In this document: positions 30,319-38,658 of the stretch, in pieces
How positions within the stretch are numbered: the stretch's first letter is position 1
Layout: each line of letters begins with the position of its first letter
IMG/VR virus record: IMGVR_UViG_3300037488_002392
DNA: 64,000 bases
Origin: a virus
Taxonomy: Duplodnaviria; Heunggongvirae; Uroviricota; Caudoviricetes
Reading direction: 5' to 3' (one strand)
Program-made: the position numbers and the translations under genes
The notes under the pieces: model-generated
What the model was told of the DNA's origin: nothing
Databases searched by the model: none
What the model saw: the letters and a program-made list of their open reading frames with translations, nothing else

Positions 30319-30587
30319 AGAAAGCATTGCCATTCCTTATCGGGTTCGTATGGTCATTTTGTTTGCTCTTTTCGTTTTCCTTAGTATCAGTATGGATATA
30401 TGGTTCAATCATAGCGTATATGAGAGAGTTGAAGATGCCTAATTGGGAGATTGAATTTACTGGCATAGTGTTAGCAGTAACAATAGTGGTGATAGCGATG
30501 AGGATTGCTTTATCTAAACAAGATATAGATGTGGGTAATTTGAAGAAAATGGTTACGGGTCGTTTTAAGAAAAACGATAAGGAGTAG
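30315..30587 (+). CDS. Small membrane protein.
   Basis: GGAG SD. Two TM helices. Confidence 0.55.
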   Translation: MKKALPFLIGFVWSFCLLFSFSLVSVWIYGSIIAYMRELKMPNWEIEFTGIVLAVTIVVIAMRIALSKQDIDVGNLKKMVTGRFKKNDKE

Positions 30588-30592
30588 AAACT

Positions 30593-30739
30593 ATGAATAC
30601 AATTATAGATTTTATATTATCTAATCTATTTGCCGTTGTTTCTTTAATAGGAATATTTACAGTATATTTGATGACAAGGACAATGGCAAAGTATGATAAA
30701 CTGAAGAATGAAAGAAGGATGGACGATAGTGAGTATTAA
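30593..30739 (+). CDS. Small membrane protein of 48 aa.
   Basis: AAGGAG SD 7 nt upstream. One TM helix (ILSNLFAVVSLIGIFTVYLM). Confidence 0.5.
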   Translation: MNTIIDFILSNLFAVVSLIGIFTVYLMTRTMAKYDKLKNERRMDDSEY

Positions 30740-30902
30740 GCGTTTTAATAAGGTGATGGTATGGGATGTAGTTGCTCTGCTTATAGGGACACTCATTGCA
30801 GTTTACTATAGGTCTGTATTTATAGAGAGTGTTGTGGTCATACTGGTTTTAGGCGTAATGCTTGGTTGTTTATTCTTAGTAGGGGCAAATTCAGATGAAT
30901 AA
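30708..30902 (+). CDS. Small membrane protein. The start is uncertain.
   Basis: Hydrophobic ORF (VVALLIGTLIAV...VVVILVLGVMLGCLFLV). Confidence 0.35.
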   Translation: MKEGWTIVSIKRFNKVMVWDVVALLIGTLIAVYYRSVFIESVVVILVLGVMLGCLFLVGANSDE

Positions 30903-31323
30903 CTTGAACAAGAGATTGCATTATGTGCAATCTGAACATAATCCGCAGGCTATGAAAGAATTATTATCACCAAAACATGATTATCACGGTGGGACTAAAC
31001 CAAGTATGAGGTTAATCATTGATGATATAAAGAAATCAAAAATGGAAGGGTTGGTGAATGGTATTGCTATTGTATTGCTTGCTGAATGGTTAGCAATAGA
31101 AGATGGCAAGACACGCTTACAATCAGCAGAATATCAAGAACAAGCTCAAGAATTAGCCGATTACCTAACTATTATTGGGTATGGACTTGTTATAGACACA
31201 AAAATTAACTTTATAAAATATATGGAAGGTACTTGCCCTCATCATGCTAAACCACGCAGAATACGTAAATTATGCATGCAGTGCTGGGAAGATGTCAAGA
31301 AGGAATGCGCTGATGGCAAATAG
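30895..31323 (+). CDS. Hypothetical protein with a C-terminal CxxC...CxxC cluster.
   Basis: ORF of 142 aa with a central TM-like segment and the Cys motifs CPHH...CMQC. Confidence 0.5.
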   Translation: MNNLNKRLHYVQSEHNPQAMKELLSPKHDYHGGTKPSMRLIIDDIKKSKMEGLVNGIAIVLLAEWLAIEDGKTRLQSAEYQEQAQELADYLTIIGYGLVIDTKINFIKYMEGTCPHHAKPRRIRKLCMQCWEDVKKECADGK

Positions 31324-31525
31324 TAATCATGTAAGTAGATTATTGGATTTAATCATGTCTATTTCTTGTTTAATTACTGTAGTGGTAATTGGCATCTTTA
31401 TGGTCTGTGATATATGTAGTCTAATTGCTGACCCACCTCCGCCCTATGTTAGATATGTACTTGGAGCAGTAATAGGCGTATGTGGCACAGCACCTTTTAT
31501 CAAAATGAGTGACATCCTTAATTGA
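31313..31525 (+). CDS. Small membrane protein.
   Basis: Internal ATG of track ORF 31244..31525. Two hydrophobic helices. Confidence 0.4.
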   Translation: MANSNHVSRLLDLIMSISCLITVVVIGIFMVCDICSLIADPPPPYVRYVLGAVIGVCGTAPFIKMSDILN

Positions 31526-31582
31526 CACATCCTTGTATAACCTGTTATACTCTACTATATAATAAATTATACGGAGGTATCC

Positions 31583-32464
31583 ATGGATATTATTTGCATG
31601 GTAACATTTGTTCTATCGTTTCTGGTGGTGGGTGTGTTATGGCTCTATAACAGGGAAGAGCAGCCTATCTCAAATTTATGGTGGTGTATCCCATCCATAT
31701 TCTTGTTTCTCTTTTTTTGTTTTGGCAGTTTCGCATCTGTTCCAGCAGGTCATCGTGGTGTGTTACTGAGGTTCGAAAAAGTAGAGAGTGTCCTTAGTGA
31801 AGGATTGAATGTTAAGATGCCATTGATAGACCATGTGGTGATGATGAGTGTCCAAACTCAAAAGTATGAAGAGCCAGCTACAGCAGCAAGTAAAGATTTG
31901 CAGGATGTCACTGCAAAAGTAGCAATCAACTATAGGGTAGACCCAGCGTTTATTGGAGAATTATATCGCACTCTTGGTGTTAATTACATAGACAGGATAG
32001 CAGCCCCTGCGGTTCAGGAAGTAGTTAAGGAGATTACTGCCCGTTATAATGCAGAGGACATGATACTCCGTAGGGCAGATGTAAAGAATGATATTACTAA
32101 CTCTCTTAGTCAGCGTCTTAGGGAACGTGGTATTATTACAGAAACAGTTAATATCGTAGATTTTAAGTTCTCGCCTGTATTCACTTCAGCTATTGAGTCT
32201 AAAGTGGCTGCGTTACAGGCAGTGTTAGAAGCTCAGAATAAGTTGGAGCGTGTTAAGATTGAGGCGCAACAGGCAGAAGCTCAGGCTAGAGGTGAGGCTG
32301 ATGCAGCCGTAGCAAGAGCAACTGGGCAGGTAAAGGCAATTGAAATATTGAAAGCCGCTTTAACTCCTGCATACTTGCAGTATATCTACATCGATAAATT
32401 GGCTAAGGATGCTAAGGTCATTGTAGTCCCTGCGGGTATGCCGTTGACTCTCTCTGGTTATTAA
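31583..32464 (+). CDS. SPFH/band-7 (prohibitin/HflKC-like) membrane protein.
   Basis: ACGGAGG SD. N-terminal TM helix. The SPFH core is VPAGHRGVLLRFEKV...INYRVDP... A C-terminal coiled coil is rich in AQ/EA. A possible promoter TTGACA-N17-TTATAC lies upstream. Confidence 0.7.
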   Translation: MDIICMVTFVLSFLVVGVLWLYNREEQPISNLWWCIPSIFLFLFFCFGSFASVPAGHRGVLLRFEKVESVLSEGLNVKMPLIDHVVMMSVQTQKYEEPATAASKDLQDVTAKVAINYRVDPAFIGELYRTLGVNYIDRIAAPAVQEVVKEITARYNAEDMILRRADVKNDITNSLSQRLRERGIITETVNIVDFKFSPVFTSAIESKVAALQAVLEAQNKLERVKIEAQQAEAQARGEADAAVARATGQVKAIEILKAALTPAYLQYIYIDKLAKDAKVIVVPAGMPLTLSGY

Positions 32465-32481
32465 ATTGTTTTCAGCAATCA

Positions 32482-32514
32482 GCCCTCTCTTTTCATAAGG
32501 GAGGGCTTTTTGTT
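32482..32514 (+). terminator. Rho-independent terminator.
   Basis: GCCCTC...GAGGGC hairpin followed by TTTTTGTT. Confidence 0.6.
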
Positions 32515-32545
32515 GACTTTTTTATTTTGAAAGCATAGAATAAGA

Positions 32546-33112
32546 ATGATGGCTACTAAGAAAATTTACAGAACAGTAGGCGTGGTTCCCCCCGCCACCA
32601 CTGAAATGTATCAGGATGCGGATGGCAATTGGATGAGGGATGGTGGAGCAACATGGGATGCAGACAGGAAGGCGTGGAGGAGGACGTTATGGAAGTTAAC
32701 GGAGCCAACCTATAGGGTTACGTATAATGATGGTACGCAAACAATCTGTGAGACTCCTCCCGAAGTTTATGTAGAACCCATTGAGCCTGTAAATCCAGTG
32801 GAACCGATAGATGAATCTGAATCATCTATAGATAGTGAACCAGTAATGGGAGAAGAGAGTCCTATTGAAGTTATGAGACCACATGTTGTATCAGTGGAAG
32901 ATGTACCTGCTCAATGGGAACTGAATAACGAATACACATCATCATCAGAAAGACCTGAATGGGATGAATACATGACCAGGGAAATAATTGGCATAGAACC
33001 TATAGTCGCTCCTCTCCCGCAACAAAGAGAAGATGGCGGTGATTGGCTGGCTCAAAAAGTTAAACGAGCAAAAGGGATAGGCGGTATGCCTACAGTTGGA
33101 ATATTTAGGTAG
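32546..33112 (+). CDS. Hypothetical acidic protein, paralog of 7291..8250 (W-rich N-terminus, PEWD repeat, IVAPLPQ motif).
   Basis: ORF of 188 aa with the motifs DGNWMRDGGATWDADRKAW, ERPEWDEY and PIVAPLPQQ. Confidence 0.6.
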   Translation: MMATKKIYRTVGVVPPATTEMYQDADGNWMRDGGATWDADRKAWRRTLWKLTEPTYRVTYNDGTQTICETPPEVYVEPIEPVNPVEPIDESESSIDSEPVMGEESPIEVMRPHVVSVEDVPAQWELNNEYTSSSERPEWDEYMTREIIGIEPIVAPLPQQREDGGDWLAQKVKRAKGIGGMPTVGIFR

Positions 33113-33159
33113 ACTGTGATATAATACCTTATACAAAATAATATAAGGTAGGTGTTTCT

Positions 33160-33726
33160 ATGAAAACTGGTGTTGTTCTATTAGGTTTTGCGTGTATCTC
33201 ATTGTTGGTGGTGGTTTCGGGAGTGATTGGTTACTCGTATTATGATAATGATAAACAACTTCAAACTGCCAAGGCTGTCATCAAATCGCAGGATGAAGAC
33301 ATTGCCAAACTGAATGCCGACTACACCAGAGTGGTTGCCGACAACGTGATATATATGAAAGAGTCAAGGCTCAAATCATTCACAACCCTCAAAGAACTGG
33401 AGAGGTTTGTAAAGGCTGACACAACTGACCAAGAATTCAAAGATGACTATGCCTCGTCCGCCTGTATTCACATGATGGTTAATGCCAGAGAGCAGGGATA
33501 CTGGTTAGGGATGGGAGTCCTCAACCAGACTCCAGAGAACCTGTACGCAGCGATTCTCAAAGATAGACAGGGCGTAAGGATATCGTGGACAACGTATTGC
33601 TTGGCAGTGGTTGGTGATGCTGACCTGTATCTGATAGACCCACAGAACGATACCTACATCTTCCTCGTCATGGCTATGAGTGCTGACTGGGCTGATTACT
33701 CTGGTCGGACGGTAGATTTTAAGTAA
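33160..33726 (+). CDS. Signal-anchored secreted protein, hypothetical.
   Basis: AGGTAGG SD. N-terminal hydrophobic helix followed by a soluble domain. Confidence 0.6.
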   Translation: MKTGVVLLGFACISLLVVVSGVIGYSYYDNDKQLQTAKAVIKSQDEDIAKLNADYTRVVADNVIYMKESRLKSFTTLKELERFVKADTTDQEFKDDYASSACIHMMVNAREQGYWLGMGVLNQTPENLYAAILKDRQGVRISWTTYCLAVVGDADLYLIDPQNDTYIFLVMAMSADWADYSGRTVDFK

Positions 33727-33733
33727 AAGAAAA

Positions 33734-33753
33734 GCCCCCTTGTTACAGGGGGC
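33734..33753. terminator. Bidirectional hairpin terminator between convergent gene blocks.
   Basis: GCCCCCT-tgttac-AGGGGGC. On the minus strand it is followed by a U-rich tract (CTTTTCTTTT). Confidence 0.55.
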
Positions 33754-33773
33754 GATTCCTTTGGGGTTGTGGG

Positions 33774-33965
33774 CTAAAGCCCTTTGAGTTCTCTGATGGC
33801 TTTGCGGATTTTGGCTTGCTTTCCTTTCCAGTAGCAGTAGGTATCGGTATTGTCCTGCTTGTGCTGGGGAACGAGTGCTGACAGTTCCCATGAGCTACTA
33901 TGGTCGTCCAGTTCCAGTTGCTCCAGAATGAATTCAAAGCTTTCTTGTGATATTACTGCATCCAT
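33774..33965 (-). CDS. Hypothetical small protein.
   Basis: AAGGAGGA SD on the minus strand upstream of the ATG. Confidence 0.5.
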   Translation of the reverse strand: MDAVISQESFEFILEQLELDDHSSSWELSALVPQHKQDNTDTYCYWKGKQAKIRKAIRELKGL

Positions 33966-33986
33966 GTTATTAATCCTCCTTTTAAA

Positions 33987-34178
33987 TTAAATACACATTA
34001 GAATTGGTAATTGATGGTTGAAAACATGGTTACGGCATACGTTCTTTTCGTAGACTTCAATATTTACAAAGTCCAGACGTTCACCTTCGTAATGCTGTTT
34101 GTAGATATCCTCTTTTAACTTGCCAGCCCGATAGGTTATCTTCCCCTGTCTGTCGGTGCATTGGTATATCTCCACCAC
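33987..34178 (-). CDS. Hypothetical small protein (GTG start).
   Basis: Abuts the upstream stop. A GGGAGGG SD-like sequence lies upstream. Confidence 0.4.
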   Translation of the reverse strand: MVEIYQCTDRQGKITYRAGKLKEDIYKQHYEGERLDFVNIEVYEKNVCRNHVFNHQLPILMCI

Positions 34179-34439
34179 TCAAAGCCCTCCCTTAGTGCTT
34201 ACAGGGGCGGTTCGCCCTATTTCCTTTTGGCATGCGGTGCAATCCCTCCTTGTCAGGGCAGTACCAAATCCTCTTAGTACGGGATGGTCTTCGCAGGGTT
34301 CTGTCAGCCAGCGTTGGAGTTTTCCCTGACCGTCCTGCCAGCCAGCGAGATAGGGGCAAGTATTGCTGTTAGCATCTACTCCAGCACAACGGAACTTGCA
34401 TTTTTCGCAGAGCATTATTCCATCGAATTTGTATGTCAT
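34179..34439 (-). CDS. Cys-rich zinc-finger protein.
   Basis: CEKCKFRC...CPY...C...CTAC. ACCTCCT on the plus strand gives a minus-strand AGGAGGT SD. Confidence 0.6.
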   Translation of the reverse strand: MTYKFDGIMLCEKCKFRCAGVDANSNTCPYLAGWQDGQGKLQRWLTEPCEDHPVLRGFGTALTRRDCTACQKEIGRTAPVSTKGGL

Positions 34440-34450
34440 TGTATTACCTC

Positions 34451-34651
34451 CTAATTAAATTCAAAGTCTATTGAGTATGCATCCCACCAGTTATCACGAT
34501 AGAACACTTGGAACGTGTTATCGTCTAAATAGCGGTATTCTCTCCATAAATTGCCATGTATGAAATGTTGTTTATCCTTTCGCATAATAGGTACGGCTGT
34601 TTCACTTTCTACTAATTCCTTGCGTATTCTGCAACTTGGCAATAGTGTCAT
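34451..34651 (-). CDS. Hypothetical small protein.
   Basis: SD GGAGGTGCAGTAATG on the minus strand. Confidence 0.55.
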   Translation of the reverse strand: MTLLPSCRIRKELVESETAVPIMRKDKQHFIHGNLWREYRYLDDNTFQVFYRDNWWDAYSIDFEFN

Positions 34652-35001
34652 TACTGCACCTCCTGTTGAACATCATACTCCATCATAGCACGGAAGGCTT
34701 CCATCATTGCTTCTCTGTATAGGCGTAGTGCCGTAGCCATGTTAGGTTTGCGGTTTCTCATAGCAGTCCAATGAGCATCGCACCACGTTTTGACGGCATC
34801 CTCCTGTTTCAGTCGGAAGACTGCCATCGCTCCCTGACATACTTTGTCCTCTATGAAGTTAGCAAGCGGTATCCAGTTCTCCACCACGATTTTGACCATC
34901 GCTGGAGTTATCTCACAGTTGTCGGGAAAGAGGTTGGTGTATTTCTTTATAACCTCACTTAATTGTTTCTGGTCGTGTAGGTCTTGGTAAGATAGTTTCA
35001 T
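34651..35001 (-). CDS. Hypothetical protein.
   Basis: Internal ATG preceded by AAAGGAGATGAA. The track ORF extends to 35037. Confidence 0.55.
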   Translation of the reverse strand: MKLSYQDLHDQKQLSEVIKKYTNLFPDNCEITPAMVKIVVENWIPLANFIEDKVCQGAMAVFRLKQEDAVKTWCDAHWTAMRNRKPNMATALRLYREAMMEAFRAMMEYDVQQEVQ

Positions 35002-35002
35002 T

Positions 35003-35179
35003 TCATCTCCTTTTAATTGGTGGCGTGGTTTCTTCACATTTGCCTAATGAGCAGCCAAGGATGGTTTTGTTCTTACACATTACTAAGTAATCACAATCGC
35101 TCTCATGAATATGCCTACGGGAGTGGTTACAATCTCCGCATTCCTTATTGCGTTTTTTGCATATCATCCACTTGCCCAT
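35003..35179 (-). CDS. Cys/His-rich zinc-finger small protein.
   Basis: CKKRNKECGDCNH...CDYLVMC...C. SD GGAGAAATAGAG before the ATG. The track ORF extends to 35221. Confidence 0.45.
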   Translation of the reverse strand: MGKWMICKKRNKECGDCNHSRRHIHESDCDYLVMCKNKTILGCSLGKCEETTPPIKRR

Positions 35180-35181
35180 CT

Positions 35182-35442
35182 CTATTTCTCCAGCGTGATT
35201 TCTTCGGCTACGGCATTGCACCGCTTGCAGACCATCTTTAATCCATTGAGTATGAATTCAACGTGATTGCCAATCATCACGCACTTGGGGCAGTACCAGA
35301 TGCGTTCCTTGCTGGCGAATTTGACCAGAGCGTTGTACTCAAAGTGATTCCATTCATCGCATCCCTTGCATTTCTCGCAGTCAGCCAATGCATTGTTGTC
35401 GCATTCCTTACAGTCGTTGATGATTCTCTTTGAAATATTCAT
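35182..35442 (-). CDS. Cys-rich zinc-finger protein.
   Basis: CKECDNNALADCEKCKGCDEW...CPKC...CKRC. AGGAGGT SD. Confidence 0.6.
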   Translation of the reverse strand: MNISKRIINDCKECDNNALADCEKCKGCDEWNHFEYNALVKFASKERIWYCPKCVMIGNHVEFILNGLKMVCKRCNAVAEEITLEK

Positions 35443-35546
35443 GTTAAAACCTCCTAAATTTTTAATACTGGCTAATGGTATCGGTAGGGTCTACCCTAAA
35501 AAACCGCAGGGCGGGCTTCTCAGGGGCTATTTTGTTGGGTAAATAG

Positions 35547-35747
35547 TTATTGATGTGGGTCATTGCCTATCTCCTTTTGATAAATTACCTCATAAAGGTA
35601 CGCATCTACGCCATAAATCAGATGCCACCGTCCATGTGCTATTTCGGGTGACCGCTGGCGGTTGTAGCGGTAGGACTGGTATTTTAGGTCGTTGATGGCG
35701 TTGCGGATATCATCCTCTGTGAAGTCTCCTAAATTAATTTTTTCCAT
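35547..35747 (-). CDS. Hypothetical small protein.
   Basis: AAGGAGGTG SD then ATG (MEKINLG...). Confidence 0.55.
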   Translation of the reverse strand: MEKINLGDFTEDDIRNAINDLKYQSYRYNRQRSPEIAHGRWHLIYGVDAYLYEVIYQKEIGNDPHQ

Positions 35748-35757
35748 GTTCACCTCC

Positions 35758-35922
35758 TTAATATTGAATACTTATCTTGAGTTTTTCCAGACCAGTCTGA
35801 ACGAGTCCTGTGATCCATCCCATGAGCTTAGCTATGGTGGCAAAGGCAAAGGTCACGATAATTAGAGACAGGTAGATGACCAGTAGGATGATTCCAAATA
35901 GGATTGCTAAGAATTTCTTCAT
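35758..35922 (-). CDS. Small single-TM membrane protein of 54 aa.
   Basis: MKKFLAILFGIILLVIYLSLIIVTFAFATIAKLMGW... SD from GGCGAGGAGTTAAC. Confidence 0.45.
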   Translation of the reverse strand: MKKFLAILFGIILLVIYLSLIIVTFAFATIAKLMGWITGLVQTGLEKLKISIQY

Positions 35923-35923
35923 G

Positions 35924-36139
35924 TTAACTCCTCGCCTTGTTTTTCAAGACTTCCAGTATCCTTTTAGCTTGGTCAAGTTCTGATGCCCTTATCTCTTTGT
36001 ATACGGTGAATTTGGCTTGGTCAATACAAACCCTGACCATATCAGCTAATGCGATGATGTCCTTATTGCGTGACCCTGTCTTCCACCACTTAGCTTCTTT
36101 GAGTTCAGCTACGGTGTAATAGGTGCGCTCGTTATCCAT
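35924..36139 (-). CDS. Hypothetical small protein.
   Basis: ORF packed tightly after its neighbour. SD GGCGAGGGGG. Confidence 0.5.
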   Translation of the reverse strand: MDNERTYYTVAELKEAKWWKTGSRNKDIIALADMVRVCIDQAKFTVYKEIRASELDQAKRILEVLKNKARS

Positions 36140-36140
36140 A

Positions 36141-36293
36141 TTAGTTATCCCCCTCGCCTATCACTATGTAGGCTATCGGGGTCGCCATTCCCCAGTTGGC
36201 ATCGTCAGGCGATTTGAGTCCAGCTTGTTTGAGTAGGCGTTCCTGAGCATCCTTGTTGAGGTCGTAGAATGTGATTTCAAATTCGGTTTCCAT
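36141..36293 (-). CDS. Hypothetical small acidic protein of 50 aa.
   Basis: AGGAGGCAAATAATATG on the minus strand. Confidence 0.45.
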   Translation of the reverse strand: METEFEITFYDLNKDAQERLLKQAGLKSPDDANWGMATPIAYIVIGEGDN

Positions 36294-36294
36294 A

Positions 36295-36495
36295 TTATTT
36301 GCCTCCTTTTTTATTTTTGTTTTCCATCATTTCTTGATAGTTCCAGATTATGGCTTCCCAGTCTGAGCGGTCAAACACAATGTATTCCATATCCTCTTCG
36401 CTGGTGGACTTCAGCACGATGCATTCATTCTCGTAGCTGGCTTCCACCGAATCTCCCTCACTGGGGCTTCGTGTCTGCTTGAAAAAAACTCTCAT
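36295..36495 (-). CDS. Hypothetical small protein.
   Basis: SD GCAGGAGCG. The track start at 36504 (MNNM) is probably too early. Confidence 0.5.
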   Translation of the reverse strand: MRVFFKQTRSPSEGDSVEASYENECIVLKSTSEEDMEYIVFDRSDWEAIIWNYQEMMENKNKKGGK

Positions 36496-36496
36496 A

Positions 36497-36691
36497 TTAT
36501 TCATCGCTCCTGCAATGCTTCATAAGCGTTTGAAGCAGATGGTCGTAATCGCTGGATTGACATTCGGTCATTACCGCTTCTATCTCTTTGGCATCCCAGC
36601 CCTCTCTCCGTGCTTGTTTACGGAATGCTCCCATGAGTGCGAAAGCATTCCCATCTAATCCTACTAAGTCCAAGCTTATTGTTTTTTCCAT
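36497..36691 (-). CDS. Hypothetical small protein.
   Basis: AAGGAGGGTG SD. ATG at MEKTISL. Confidence 0.5.
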   Translation of the reverse strand: MEKTISLDLVGLDGNAFALMGAFRKQARREGWDAKEIEAVMTECQSSDYDHLLQTLMKHCRSDE

Positions 36692-36705
36692 GTTATTCAC
36701 CCTCC

Positions 36706-36996
36706 TTAAATTTCATTCAATGCGTTGATAGTGTTCTCTATGGCATCCATAGCCTGTGATAGGTATTCTGCCGATTCCTCAACATAACTGATAGCCGTTT
36801 CAAGATTATCAATGTCAGTTTGGTATTTCTCAGCTTTTGATTGGAAGCTTTCGGGCAAGTTGTCCAGCTTGCCTTGTTCCTCGTCTACCATGTCTTGGAG
36901 CGATACATTGTCGGTGAATCCATAATCTATGTTGTCGTGTATCTTTTGTAGATATTCTATGGTTTCCTCAATTTGTTTTCTCTGTATCTTGTTCAT
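36706..36996 (-). CDS. Acidic coiled-coil protein.
   Basis: AAGGAGGAAATTAATATG. Predicted helical with E/D/Q-rich sequence. Confidence 0.55.
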   Translation of the reverse strand: MNKIQRKQIEETIEYLQKIHDNIDYGFTDNVSLQDMVDEEQGKLDNLPESFQSKAEKYQTDIDNLETAISYVEESAEYLSQAMDAIENTINALNEI

Positions 36997-36997
36997 A

Positions 36998-37336
36998 TTA
37001 ATTTCCTCCTTTGTTATAAATTAGGTTGCTCAGTTTATGGGTGAATTGCATCACGGCTTCTTCCAGAGTCTTACCGCTTGCGAATATGTTGCCGACCTCA
37101 GTATCGTTCCAGTAGCGATGCCTGTAGAGCCTCATGCTACCGTGTATATATGAGGTGATGTAGAAGAAACTCTTGGCAGCACCTTTGTACATCTCGCTAC
37201 TGATGTAGATGCTTCGGGATGTAGGTTTGAAGTGGTGCTTGCCTACATTGTACGGCTCTGGCTTGGTTGTGCCAAAGTACGAGCCGAATTCCTTATTATA
37301 CTTGAGGGCGATGCCGTTGATTACTATGCTATCCAT
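36998..37336 (-). CDS. Hypothetical protein.
   Basis: ORF of 112 aa. SD-like GGTGAGGTG upstream. Confidence 0.5.
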   Translation of the reverse strand: MDSIVINGIALKYNKEFGSYFGTTKPEPYNVGKHHFKPTSRSIYISSEMYKGAAKSFFYITSYIHGSMRLYRHRYWNDTEVGNIFASGKTLEEAVMQFTHKLSNLIYNKGGN

Positions 37337-37745
37337 ATATCACCTCACCAAATAGGCAACATTGCAAAAAACAATCACCTGTAATGGCATCGTCATTGTC
37401 AGCTAAGAACCCACTGAACTGGTAAGGGTATTTGTCGGTAAATGTCTGTACGCCCTTGGTGATGGACTTAAGGTCAAGGTGATAGGTCTTTTTGCCCTTG
37501 ACAGGCTCGTCATCCTCTTTATCACTGATGACCAATGCTCCACCCTCATTGAGGGGGTAATCAAGGTGCCAGTAGACCCGTTCGGGGTCGGCCTGCCACT
37601 CCAATTTGGGGGGCTTGATGAATTCGTCAATCATGTACCAGTAATTAGAGCCACCTCCAAATGCGGAGCATAAGAGGTCGCTGATGCGTTGCTTGGTTAT
37701 GGGAACTTTGACTGAGATTTCGGTGACTACGTTAGTATCTGCCAT
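37329..37745 (-). CDS. Hypothetical protein.
   Basis: AAGGGGGATGAATAACATG. Confidence 0.55.
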   Translation of the reverse strand: MADTNVVTEISVKVPITKQRISDLLCSAFGGGSNYWYMIDEFIKPPKLEWQADPERVYWHLDYPLNEGGALVISDKEDDEPVKGKKTYHLDLKSITKGVQTFTDKYPYQFSGFLADNDDAITGDCFLQCCLFGEVIYG

Positions 37746-37746
37746 G

Positions 37747-38595
37747 TTATTCATCCCCCTTGCCTATCTTGAGGGTCTTAATGAACTCTACCAGAGCCTT
37801 GAACTGGTCGGGGGTCATTTTGCCTGATATGGTAGTATTGTAGATATTGATGGCAGTACTCTCATGCATCCTTGCAACCCTACCCTTTATGAAGTTGTCT
37901 TCGCCCAGAGTAATCTTGGCGTACTCATGTTCGGTAGAATAGCCACTATTGTGATTGCTGGTGCGTACCCATTCCCTGTCAAACCCAAAACAGATTCCAA
38001 GGGTCTTCAGCTCCCCAGCTATCTGCTGGCGTTCTGCATTCTCCTTTTCTTTATATTCCCTATCACGCTCTTTGGAAGCGACCCTTCCGTCAATCTTCTT
38101 GATGGCGTTGGCGATGGCTTTCTCCAGAGTGGCGAACCGCTGGGATTTGTAATTGAATTCTACTTTCCACGGCATATCGGTAGTATGGGCATGGTAGCTA
38201 CCAGAACTATATACCTTGTCGCTGAAGTCTATGTCGGCATCCACTCCAGCTTTCTCCAGCCTGAACCTGCGAACATCACCACCGTAGTCTACGGCTCTTG
38301 AGAAGTCTGCTTCGAAACCATCGGGGATAAGCGGTGCGGCCTGACTTTTGAAGACTTCCAGTTCAGCCATCCGTCTTTTCTTCTCTTCAGCCTGTTTGGC
38401 TTTCTTTTCCCTCTCCACCCTCTTCTTGTACTCAGCTACCTCTTTTACCAGAGCCGTGGTAATCTTGTTGTACATGTCGGGGTTGACCTTTTTGACAAGG
38501 GTTTCACCTACCCCATCGTACTCCCACGTTTCCCTGAGAGTATTGTACTGAATCTCTTTGCCATTGTACGTGACTGCGATTGTTGTTTCTGCCAT
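37747..38595 (-). CDS. Hypothetical protein of 283 aa with a K/E-rich coiled-coil segment.
   Basis: AAAAGGAGGTACAAATATG leader. This leader is nearly identical to the one upstream of the GHKL gene 38659..40071. Confidence 0.6.
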   Translation of the reverse strand: MAETTIAVTYNGKEIQYNTLRETWEYDGVGETLVKKVNPDMYNKITTALVKEVAEYKKRVEREKKAKQAEEKKRRMAELEVFKSQAAPLIPDGFEADFSRAVDYGGDVRRFRLEKAGVDADIDFSDKVYSSGSYHAHTTDMPWKVEFNYKSQRFATLEKAIANAIKKIDGRVASKERDREYKEKENAERQQIAGELKTLGICFGFDREWVRTSNHNSGYSTEHEYAKITLGEDNFIKGRVARMHESTAINIYNTTISGKMTPDQFKALVEFIKTLKIGKGDE

Positions 38596-38658
38596 ATTTG
38601 TACCTCCTTTTAATTTTGAATAATCCATTATATCTTACCTGTCAATAGACCTTTACCA

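Noticed and set aside
36495-37754. The recurring MNNM N-termini of track ORFs 36295..36504, 36497..36700 and 37329..37754 considered as a conserved signal.
   Set aside because: This is an artefact of a conserved SD-proximal ATGAATAACATG context. The first ATG sits too close to the SD (0-2 nt), so the downstream ATG is the likely true start.
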